Shown here piece by piece: positions 40,101 through 47,729 of a stretch of DNA of 59,990 bases. The first letter of the stretch is position 1. The number at the start of each line of letters is the position of its first letter. The position numbers and the translations under genes were made by a program. The notes below the pieces were generated by a model. That model saw only the letters and a program-made list of their open reading frames with translations, did no database searches and was not told the origin of the DNA. Source of the DNA: Chitinophagaceae bacterium (lineage in GTDB: Bacteria > Bacteroidota > Bacteroidia > Chitinophagales > Chitinophagaceae); assembly GCA_017744805.1 (NCBI GenBank), contig JAGIAP010000001.1, positions 1 through 59,990 on the forward strand, in the 5' to 3' direction.

Positions 40101-40446
40101 GATTGATCAACTGCCCGATATCCGCTTTGCGGATCAACTGATTGGTGGCCGGATTGTATTCGTAGATAAAAGTAAAATCATGTGAGGTGGCGTCCGCCAT
40201 TATGCCATACATCTTATTGTTGTAGACAACAGGGCGATGGTTCAGGGGATTTCGCCCGGGCGTGATTATCTGGAAGGGCTCGCGCGTACGGAGCCCGGTG
40301 CCATCGAAACGGGTGGAGAACAGCGTTCCCTGATTGTCGTAACCTCCAAAATCCGTTACGCCCCAGAACTGGTAAATGCCCTGTGCACGGGTGTCTTGAA
40401 GGAAAATGATGCATAGAAAGAAGAGGATCGCGTATTGCTTTCTCAT
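37171..40446 (-). CDS. T9SS-secreted GloVer tandem-repeat protein, paralog 2
   Basis: Colinear with 421..3699 over its full length: 14 repeats, same middle domain and T9SS tail VSPNPV...GVYILQ...RFIKR. Confidence 0.88.
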   Translation of the reverse strand: MRKQYAILFFLCIIFLQDTRAQGIYQFWGVTDFGGYDNQGTLFSTRFDGTGLRTREPFQIITPGRNPLNHRPVVYNNKMYGIMADATSHDFTFIYEYNPATNQLIRKADIGQLINLDQVTQSESTFTLTLFNNKFYGISTHGGSTYTGCLFEYNPANNQVKNLYEFSVNTGRYPENALTLYNNKLYGVTSGGGAFGHGTLYEFDPATNTHTKKMDFNEAVHGKWPDAGLTVYDGKLYGATTTGTGNLSGGAIFWFDPGNSTFSKRADLSSINASGVYKSMTVFNGKLYGTTYGGGANDLGVLFEFDPGTNALTKKYDLNMAGSYGTSELTVYNNKLYGSTNRGGANDYGTIFEYTPATNAFTPRATFSINTGIGGIGYLTLYNNKLYGFTNRGGAYSLGTFFEYNPATNGYTKKLDMSHSTTGFEPGGHLNYYQRKFYGITSSGGTYGNGGIYSYDPYTQQYTLLHSFDETDGYPSGNGGMVLYNNKFYGTLASGGTYLSGVLYEFDPATNEYTVRMNFNHPTGSSPQARLSVLGSKLYGTTHRGGPDDMGSIFEFTPATNTLTTKYYFPAGYGYPKSGMTLYGGKFWGTGEKGGAGDRGIIYSWIPGTNSITKEYDLKEGNGTNPVGGLVVLNNELWGLTYNNSYPVDGNYGNLYSFNPATKIMTNHHGFQITSTGAWPFGTMAVMNGKLYGLTTLGGDLRIGGTLFEYDPAKSLLTKKVDFTGPNGRQPRWNQLTIAPALVSPGHAGVCWNASEVVTVNNTNNGQWIPFTDSEGQAIAEINPNGNNLGNVSVKFYTHNGPTRKDPAGRAYLDRNITISVTNQPTTPVSVRLYIRKTELDKLVSTPDAGVNGLTNLSIFKSDDACANMISKNAEKISSTAASWENDYVFTTTVNSFSTFYFASSSFAALPINLESFTGTVKPNGNLLSWKASCTGPSSFTIERSTDGLQFNPIGTVQAAQPDCDHPFQFTDPDLSPVTFYYRLKMEEQGSPAAYSKIVVLNRGGAAFLQLKVSPNPVSGNTATLQTNSSSSKQILISIHDVAGRKVWQQTIQVQAGVGTVPLAIGQLGTGVYILQYQQGDKQVPVRFIKR

Positions 40447-40504
40447 AAGTGGCGGTTTATGATTTCAGCAGCAAGGTAAAAAGGCCGGGGAGCGGTGGGA
40501 ATGC

Positions 40505-40534
40505 TCACTTAACGGATACAGTATTTCAGTTAAT
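40505..40534. promoter_or_regulatory. LytTR-like direct-repeat operator upstream of GloVer gene 2
   Basis: TCACTTAAC-N12-TCAGTTAAT, matching 3759..3788. Confidence 0.6.
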
Positions 40535-40649
40535 GATTTGTGTTGTTCAACTTCGCCGGCAACCTGCCGGAACAGTTTTTCGACTGCCCATCCTTCAAAA
40601 AATGCCCTTGCCCCGTTTTCGGATTGATCACGTATGAACATTTTGTTGG

Positions 40650-41120
40650 TTGCAGTTTGAATTTAACCGTTCTGTTTTACTCATCAGGAAAACTACTTTT
40701 TTGAGAACAACCATCACTATACCCGATCTGCTGGCTCTCTGGGATGCCAATGAAGTGAATAGGAAGAAGAAAGCCATCGTTTTCGAATTATCGAATTACA
40801 CTTCCACCAAAGGGCTCGATCTTATCATCTGTCTGGAGAATATCAGCACCTGTTCTAGAACGCTTAAATTCCGATCAAACCCTGCATACCAGGGATTTTC
40901 TTATGAACATGATGCTATCAATTTCCTGCAGAACGAGAATGGGAAATTCATCAGTTTTTCAACTTCGGTGCTGGAAGCCGGACTTCAAAATACCATCGAT
41001 GTTCTCAAGGAGTTCTCGATACAGAAAGGATTCCTCTATTGCAATCCTCTCGGGTTCCATTCAAAAAAGAGGGGAGAGATGATCTGGCATTTCTGGATGG
41101 GACAGGATATGGGTAAATAA
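40650..41120 (+). CDS. Hypothetical protein (start uncertain)
   Basis: 156-aa ORF filling an otherwise empty interval and followed by a hairpin; no family recognised. Confidence 0.45.
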   Translation: MQFEFNRSVLLIRKTTFLRTTITIPDLLALWDANEVNRKKKAIVFELSNYTSTKGLDLIICLENISTCSRTLKFRSNPAYQGFSYEHDAINFLQNENGKFISFSTSVLEAGLQNTIDVLKEFSIQKGFLYCNPLGFHSKKRGEMIWHFWMGQDMGK

Positions 41121-41137
41121 GGATCGAAATAAAATAC

Positions 41138-41165
41138 AGAGACCCACTCCACAGAGCGGGTCTCT
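41138..41165. terminator. Terminator between convergent genes (end of locus D)
   Basis: AGAGACCCACTC-CACA-GAGCGGGTCTCT stem (one mismatch, G-U on minus) with an A-rich left flank. Confidence 0.7.
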
Positions 41166-41223
41166 CTTGTAATACAGTGCCAATACTGCATTGACGGGGG
41201 ACGAAAACCAGAACCTGAACCTA

Positions 41224-42831
41224 TTAGCGTATATCCCACCAAAGCGGGGTTCCGCCTACATCTTTCTGAACTTTTAAAGTGGACACTGCCTTTTCTACCG
41301 CGGCCCTGTTCACTGCATACTCATTGCCCGGGTAGGTGGCGCGGCGGATAAAGGCTTCCGTGCTGATGGTATTATTGCTGTTATTGATCACTACCGGGAA
41401 CAGTTTGGGATATCCGGTACGACGGAATTCACTCCAGGCTTCCTGTCCTTCGGGGAACATCGCGATCCATTTCTGTGTAAGGATACGCTCGATCTTGGCC
41501 TCCTTCACGGCACCGTCGTCCCATTTGATGGTGATGGTGCTGAGATGCGGTCCACCAGTTACATCGTTCTGGCCCGCATTGATGGCCTTGGGATCGATAT
41601 AAGGCTTGGGTTTAGATACAGCATCATTGATATAGGCATCGGCCTGTCCGCTCAATTGGTATTGTGCAAACGACTGCCTGATGCCATTCTCGTAATTGGT
41701 GCCTGCATCTCCCGCGCCCGTCCAGCCAATGACTGCCGCTTCTGCCCGCAGGAACCACACCTCGGCAGCAGTCATCAACAGGATCTTACTTTCCAGTGGC
41801 GCCAGTGCAGAATAGTCAAGATAACGCGCCTTGGCATCGATAACGATACCATTGCGGATACCTTTGTAGCTGCCTGCCACTTTGGGATCGGTTGCTTTCT
41901 GGAAATATTGCGCTAGGCGTGGGTCGTTGTATCCACCCATGATGGATTCAACGGGAGCGCCCATACGCACATCACCCCAGGATGCACTGATCGTATTCAG
42001 TGGATGTGTAGTGGCCCCAATGTTTACAGCGAAATTCTCGTCCGGTGTTTCCAGCAGTCCACCAGGATCTGACAAGGCTGCCTCCGCTTCCGCTTTGGCC
42101 TTGGCCTGATCGATGCCGGAGATACGGATCGCCAGGCGCAAACGCAGGCTATTGGCCAGTTTCAGCCATTTCGAATACTTGCCTCCATACACGAGATCGG
42201 ATTTGGCAAACAAAATACTGGCATCATTATTCCTGATCGGGCTCAGGATAGCGATGGCCTCTTTCAGATCGGCAAAGAATGCATAGTAAGCATCTTTCTG
42301 GCTATCGAAATCGATCCCGCCTTCTGCATTGGGTTGATTGTATTTGGTATAGATGATCGGTCCGAAGATATCGCTCACACGGTGCATGCCTTCCACCTGC
42401 AGTATCTTCGACATGGCATAGGTTTCCGGGAATTGTTGTTTGGAGAACAGCCCTGCCTTGATACAGGGGTTCATCACATTGTAATAAGCGGTGGTCCATG
42501 ATGCGGTGACCCAGCCATCTATCAGGTTGTAATTGGCATTATTGATATTGCCGCCAAATGGAGTGGGTGGCATCATATAACCACTGTAGATATCGCCCAG
42601 CAGGTTCTGCTGCAACTGGAAGGTAGGCACGGGCTGATACAGGTAAATGCTGCGCTGCGCTTGTTGCAGTTGCGCCGCTACGATGGCGAAGTCGGCCTCC
42701 AGGTCCTTATCGGTAGACCCGAAAGGATCCTTGTTGAGGGATTCGAAATTCCTGGTGCAACTGCTGGTGCTGAGGGCTGCCGCCATCAGTAACAAGCCGC
42801 CGGTTCTCTTCAATGCTTTATAATAATTCAT
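41224..42831 (-). CDS. SusD-family lipoprotein 2 (locus D)
   Basis: Lipobox TSSC; WLKLANSLRLRLAIR, QKWIAMFPEGQEAWSEFRRTGYP, PLWWD. Confidence 0.94.
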   Translation of the reverse strand: MNYYKALKRTGGLLLMAAALSTSSCTRNFESLNKDPFGSTDKDLEADFAIVAAQLQQAQRSIYLYQPVPTFQLQQNLLGDIYSGYMMPPTPFGGNINNANYNLIDGWVTASWTTAYYNVMNPCIKAGLFSKQQFPETYAMSKILQVEGMHRVSDIFGPIIYTKYNQPNAEGGIDFDSQKDAYYAFFADLKEAIAILSPIRNNDASILFAKSDLVYGGKYSKWLKLANSLRLRLAIRISGIDQAKAKAEAEAALSDPGGLLETPDENFAVNIGATTHPLNTISASWGDVRMGAPVESIMGGYNDPRLAQYFQKATDPKVAGSYKGIRNGIVIDAKARYLDYSALAPLESKILLMTAAEVWFLRAEAAVIGWTGAGDAGTNYENGIRQSFAQYQLSGQADAYINDAVSKPKPYIDPKAINAGQNDVTGGPHLSTITIKWDDGAVKEAKIERILTQKWIAMFPEGQEAWSEFRRTGYPKLFPVVINNSNNTISTEAFIRRATYPGNEYAVNRAAVEKAVSTLKVQKDVGGTPLWWDIR

Positions 42832-42861
42832 ACATCATTTTTTAAGTTGTTTGGCATGTAG

Positions 42862-45800
42862 TTAGAGTGCACATTTCAGGTTGATACCGAAGCTGCGCGT
42901 AGCAGGCAATCCGAATACATCCACACCCTGAACGCCGTTGCCGGTGCTCATGCTGAGCTCAGGATCGTAAGGCGCTTTTTTGGTGAAAAAGAAAAGATTG
43001 CGTGCTACCAGGCCGATCTTCAGGTCCCTGATAATGCCCGGACGTATCGGTATGGTATAACCGATGGCCAGTTCCCGCAGGCGAACATTGGTGGCATCGT
43101 ACATATAGTATTCCGTAATGCCTGCACGGCCTGCCACTGCACCGAAGAAGATATTTGCAGGGATCTTACCGGAGAATTTCTCCCCGTTCTGTTTGGTGGC
43201 TGCTATGTCCACCCCATTGTTGTCGCGTGCATCGGCAGTGGTTTTGGATACACCGTACTCATCCAGCATCGCCTGTGTGATGCTCATCACCTTGCCACCG
43301 AATCTACCATCGATCAGCACATTCAAAGAGAATTGTTTCCAGGTGATGGCATTGCTCCAACCCAACAGGAATTTGGGTGTAGGATTGCCCAGGTATTGCA
43401 TGGCACCTGGTTGTGCGATAGGCTTACCATCATCGTCCACCAGGATAGAGCCATCGTCCGCACGTTTGAATTTGACGCCATAGATATCTCCGTATGAACT
43501 TCCCTCATGCAGTTTCAACGCATAGCTGTTTACGTTATCACCTTTGGGTGTGATAGTGTAATCTCCTTTCAGTTGGGGCGCCAGCTCTATGAGCTTATTC
43601 CTGTTATGGGTGAAATTGAAATTGGTTTGCCAGTTCAGGTCTTTTTGTTTGATCACCTGGTAACCGAGGGTTATTTCGATACCAGTATTCAGCACATCAC
43701 CCGCATTCAGGTAGGAGTTCGGATACAGGTAACCGGCAGAGATGGGAAAATCGAAGTACTGGTCCTTGGTATGCGAGTTGTACCAGGTGAAGTCCAGGTT
43801 CAACCGGTTATCGATGAATCTCCATTCTGTACCGATCTCCACGGAGGTGGTCATCTCAGGCTTCAGGGGTGTTCCGAGATAGGGGCCGGAAGTGTTGGAA
43901 GTGAGCTGGCCAGACCTGACAGCGTTCACAGGTAAAGTAACGAAGGGTTGCACATCGTTACCTACTTTGGCGTAGGATACGCGGAACTTGGAGTAGTTGA
44001 TGAATGCAGGCAGTTTCACCAGGTCACTCAGGATCGTATTCAAGCCTGCTGAATAATACAAATATCCTTTATTTACATTGGGCGTGTAAGCGAGGGTGCT
44101 TGACCAGTCGTTTCGCGCTGTGAGGTCCAGGAATATATTTTCGTTCAAATTGAACCCTACCGTTCCGAATACGGACTGCAATTGTCTTCTTACCCCGGTA
44201 TTGTAGATCTTGGCAGCGGGGTTCAGGTTGATATTGCCGATATGGAATTGATTGGCAAATGCCAGGTCCGCATCTTTGGAGTCTGCGAAATTGCGTTCCT
44301 GTGTGAGGTCTGTGATGCTGGTACCGGCCGTGAAATTGAAGCCGATCTTTTCAGAGAGCTGGGTATTGCCCAGCACCAGCAGGTCGCCATAGTATTGGGT
44401 GCTGGAAAGGAAGTCGTACACATAACGGCCATTGGCATCCGCAATAGTGGTTTGTGTGCCTGCATAGGCTTTCTGCTCGTATTTGTCCCAGGCCTTGTTC
44501 ACGTTGCCACGGGCCTGCACGGTGATCCAGTCGTTGAGCGCATATTTCAGCGCGAGTGACGCGATGATATTATCCTTCCTGTTCTCTGTCGGGTTCCTGT
44601 TCAGGATCCAGTATGGATTCTGCTGAGAATCCTGGCCTGGTAATTTATTATCGAAATTCAGGTTCCACCAGTCTTGCAGGAACATATTCCTTTTGGGGGA
44701 GAAGTACTCGAAATTATTCTTGTATTGATCAAAATTCAGTCCCCTGGGAAATAGGTACAAACCTGTGAGAGGATTGAAGTAGAGGCCGGAAGAGGACCGG
44801 TTATGCGCGTTCTGCGTGGTCATCAATACATTTGCATCGATGGTCAGTTTGTCGTTCAGCAGTTTGGCCGTTTCGCGGAAGCTAAGAGTGTGCTGACCGT
44901 AGGTGGTATTGGGCAATACGCCTTTATTGGAAGTATTGGAATAAGAGAAATAGGTCTGTGCTTTTTCCGTACCGCCACTCACCATGAGTGAATTGATCCA
45001 GGTGGAGCCGGTGCGGAAGAAATCCTTTACATGATCGGGGCTGCTGCCTTTATCGCCCCAACTGTACAGGTTGGCGGGGCCCGACTGTTTATAGCTGTAT
45101 TGGAGCTCGGGACGATAAGCGGCCTTGTCGAGCGTGAAGTCTGAAGAGAAATTGATCTTTGTTTGTCCTGCTTTCCCTTTTTTGGTGGTGATGATGATCA
45201 CTCCGTTCGCTGCCTGGCTGCCGTAGAGGGCAGAAGCGGAAGCGCCTTTCAGTACGTTCACTGCTTCGATATCATCAGGGTTGATGGTGCTGAGGATATC
45301 GCCACCATCGCGACCTGCTGAGTTGGAGTTGGGGCCGCCCGACTGACCCCAGAGATCGCTGGGCTGTGCAGCCGTGAAGTTCACGATGGGGATACCATCG
45401 ATCACGTACAAAGGTTGGTTCTCACGAATAGATTTTTGCCCACGCAATACCACGCGGCTTGAACCACCAACACCGGAAGCGCTTCTGTTGATCTGAAGGC
45501 CCGCCACTTTTCCGGATAAGGAATTGATCACATTTGTTTCCTTCACGATGGAAAGATCGGAGCCTTTTACCTGTTGGGTAGAATAAGTAAGATCCTTTGC
45601 TTTTCGTTGTATGCCGAGAGCCGTTACCACCACTTCATTCAAGCCTTGTACATTGGCTTCCAAAACAATATTGAGTGATGCAGTATTTCCTACCGTTTGT
45701 TCCTGAACGGCAAAATTCACGGAGGTGAACACCAGAATATCGCCTTCCCTGGCACTGATGCGATATACGCCGTCCGCATTGGTTTGTGTGCCTTTGCCTG

Positions 45801-46011
45801 TTCCTTTCACTTGCACGGAAATACCGGGTAGCGGATTTCCTTTTTTATCCTTTACTGTACCGGTCACTTCCTTGTCCTGGAAGAAACCGGGTGAGGTGAT
45901 CGCTGGCGAATAAGGACTGGCAGCATTCGCATAAGCATGTTGTGGCCTGGTAGAAATGAGCGCTGTCAATGCAGCGACACAGATCTTTGCAAGGCCTTGG
46001 TTAATTTTCAT
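42862..46011 (-). CDS. SusC/RagA TonB-dependent transporter 2, no STN (locus D)
   Basis: EVVVTALGI; INPDDIEAVNVLKGASASALYGSQAANGVIIITTKKG; ends LPATRSFGINLKCAL. Start likely ATG 46011 (track 46161 overlaps the upstream gene). Confidence 0.94.
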   Translation of the reverse strand: MKINQGLAKICVAALTALISTRPQHAYANAASPYSPAITSPGFFQDKEVTGTVKDKKGNPLPGISVQVKGTGKGTQTNADGVYRISAREGDILVFTSVNFAVQEQTVGNTASLNIVLEANVQGLNEVVVTALGIQRKAKDLTYSTQQVKGSDLSIVKETNVINSLSGKVAGLQINRSASGVGGSSRVVLRGQKSIRENQPLYVIDGIPIVNFTAAQPSDLWGQSGGPNSNSAGRDGGDILSTINPDDIEAVNVLKGASASALYGSQAANGVIIITTKKGKAGQTKINFSSDFTLDKAAYRPELQYSYKQSGPANLYSWGDKGSSPDHVKDFFRTGSTWINSLMVSGGTEKAQTYFSYSNTSNKGVLPNTTYGQHTLSFRETAKLLNDKLTIDANVLMTTQNAHNRSSSGLYFNPLTGLYLFPRGLNFDQYKNNFEYFSPKRNMFLQDWWNLNFDNKLPGQDSQQNPYWILNRNPTENRKDNIIASLALKYALNDWITVQARGNVNKAWDKYEQKAYAGTQTTIADANGRYVYDFLSSTQYYGDLLVLGNTQLSEKIGFNFTAGTSITDLTQERNFADSKDADLAFANQFHIGNINLNPAAKIYNTGVRRQLQSVFGTVGFNLNENIFLDLTARNDWSSTLAYTPNVNKGYLYYSAGLNTILSDLVKLPAFINYSKFRVSYAKVGNDVQPFVTLPVNAVRSGQLTSNTSGPYLGTPLKPEMTTSVEIGTEWRFIDNRLNLDFTWYNSHTKDQYFDFPISAGYLYPNSYLNAGDVLNTGIEITLGYQVIKQKDLNWQTNFNFTHNRNKLIELAPQLKGDYTITPKGDNVNSYALKLHEGSSYGDIYGVKFKRADDGSILVDDDGKPIAQPGAMQYLGNPTPKFLLGWSNAITWKQFSLNVLIDGRFGGKVMSITQAMLDEYGVSKTTADARDNNGVDIAATKQNGEKFSGKIPANIFFGAVAGRAGITEYYMYDATNVRLRELAIGYTIPIRPGIIRDLKIGLVARNLFFFTKKAPYDPELSMSTGNGVQGVDVFGLPATRSFGINLKCAL

Positions 46012-46077
46012 ACTTGCCCTTTTATTGGTTAATAATGGAATTGACATAGAGGCCGGCATGCCGGCAGCAGGAATGAT

Positions 46078-46103
46078 GTCGTACAGAAAAAAGGGAAGTA
46101 CTA
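46078..46103 (-). promoter_or_regulatory. Putative internal ECF promoter in front of susC2 (locus D)
   Basis: Minus strand TAGTAC-N15-ACGAC, identical boxes and spacing to 52259..52284. Confidence 0.72.
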
Positions 46104-46142
46104 GTGAAGTAGAAAAAAATTTTGGAGTGGCTGTCTCTGTAT

Positions 46143-47717
46143 TTATCTCATATCCCACCACAATGGCGTGCCCCCCGTATCAGGGCCTTTGAGGAATGTT
46201 TTCGCCTTTTCCACTGCCCGTGGATTGGTGAGGTATTCTATTTGCGGAAAGGGAAGGCGACGGATGAATTTTTCCGTTGGAATGGTCCCTCCACTATTAT
46301 TGATCACTACCGGAAATAATTTGGGATAGCCGGTTCGACGGAACTCGCTCCAGGCTTCCTGCCCTTCAGGGAACATCGCGATCCATTTTTGCGTAATGAT
46401 CCTTTCCAGTTTAGTGGTCATATCTGCGCTTTCATCCCATTTGATGGTGATGGTGCTCAGGTGAGGATCACCGGTAGGGATATTGTTTTCCTCATTGCGG
46501 GGATCCACGTATGGGTTGGCCTTCAGTGTATTGTTTTGCAGGTATTCGTTGACGTTGGGAAGATCATATTGTTGAAAGGAAGCTGCTACTCCGTTATTGT
46601 AATTCTCTGCGGCACTGCCGGCGCCATCCCAACCATACAGGGCTGCTTCAGCTTTGAGGAACCAGGCTTCGGCCACCGTCATGAAACCGATCTTTGGGGG
46701 CAGTTTGGCGATAGGAGAGAAACCGGAATATTGTTCTTTGGCAAATATCTTGATGCCCTGCCGGATGCCATGGTACTCATTTGCGCCATCCACGGGTACA
46801 AAATATTTCGGCAGCCGCGGATCTTTATAACCGGAGAGTATCGATTCCATCGGTGCGCTCATCCGCAGATCAGCCCATGTATAACACATGATATTCAACG
46901 GATGTGTTACCGGGGAGATATCCACTGCAAAGATATCTTCCTTCTCTCTCAGTAATCCCATGGGATGTTTCAGGGCCGCTTCTCCTTCCTGTTTCGCCCT
47001 GGGTTTATCGATCCCTGAAATGCGGATGGCCAGTCTTAATCGTAAGGTGTTGGCAAAGCGGATCCATTGTGTGTAATTGCCTTTGTACACCAGGTCGAAG
47101 GGCTTGAAACGCTCTTCTGCATGATCGTTCACGAGTTTGGTGAGGATCCGGATGGCGCTGTCCAGGTCGTTGAAAAAATGATAATAGGCTTGCTGTTGGG
47201 TATCGTAGTCCACGCGCTGGTCAGGGCCCGGCTGGCCGTAGCTGCTGTAAATGATGGGGCCATAGATATCGGAGATGCGATGCATCGCTTCCACTTTCAG
47301 TATCTGTGCCCATGCATAGAAGTCAGGGAATTTGGACTGTGCCTTGTCCTGTGCGAACTGGCAGGACTTCATCACATTGCCATAGGTGACATTCCATGGA
47401 TTGTTGTTCCAGTAAAAGATAAGCCCGTAGTTGGAATTGTTATTGTTCCCTTCAAACGGAGTAGGCGTCATGGTATAACCCCCGAAAATATCTGCATTCA
47501 GGTTTTGTTGCAATTGCGCGGTGGGGGGATCGTTATAGATAAGCAGGTTGAGCTGGGCCTGCAGCAAGGGCTCGCCCATGAGCCGGTTGCCTTTCGCCAG
47601 TTCTTCTTCCGTATATTCGTTGGGGTCGGTATTCAGTTTCTCGAAGTTCCTGACACAGGCGCTTGCCAGTATCATCACCATACAAGTGATCCCCGTTATG
47701 TAAATATTCTTTTTCAC
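46143..47717 (-). CDS. SusD-family lipoprotein 1 (locus D)
   Basis: GTG start; lipobox ASAC; QKWIAMFPEGQEAWSEFRRTGYP; paralog of 41224..42831. Confidence 0.94.
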   Translation of the reverse strand: MKKNIYITGITCMVMILASACVRNFEKLNTDPNEYTEEELAKGNRLMGEPLLQAQLNLLIYNDPPTAQLQQNLNADIFGGYTMTPTPFEGNNNNSNYGLIFYWNNNPWNVTYGNVMKSCQFAQDKAQSKFPDFYAWAQILKVEAMHRISDIYGPIIYSSYGQPGPDQRVDYDTQQQAYYHFFNDLDSAIRILTKLVNDHAEERFKPFDLVYKGNYTQWIRFANTLRLRLAIRISGIDKPRAKQEGEAALKHPMGLLREKEDIFAVDISPVTHPLNIMCYTWADLRMSAPMESILSGYKDPRLPKYFVPVDGANEYHGIRQGIKIFAKEQYSGFSPIAKLPPKIGFMTVAEAWFLKAEAALYGWDGAGSAAENYNNGVAASFQQYDLPNVNEYLQNNTLKANPYVDPRNEENNIPTGDPHLSTITIKWDESADMTTKLERIITQKWIAMFPEGQEAWSEFRRTGYPKLFPVVINNSGGTIPTEKFIRRLPFPQIEYLTNPRAVEKAKTFLKGPDTGGTPLWWDMR

Positions 47718-47729
47718 TATTCTTGTTTT

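Noticed and set aside
46052-46065. Perfect palindrome GCCGGCATGCCGGC in the susC2 leader
   Set aside because: Short, single copy and without a U-tract. It is possibly a 5' stabilising hairpin but unsupported beyond that.
46012-46161. 50-aa N-terminal extension of SusC2 overlapping susD1
   Set aside because: The region holds the putative internal ECF promoter, and the signal peptide begins at ATG 46011.
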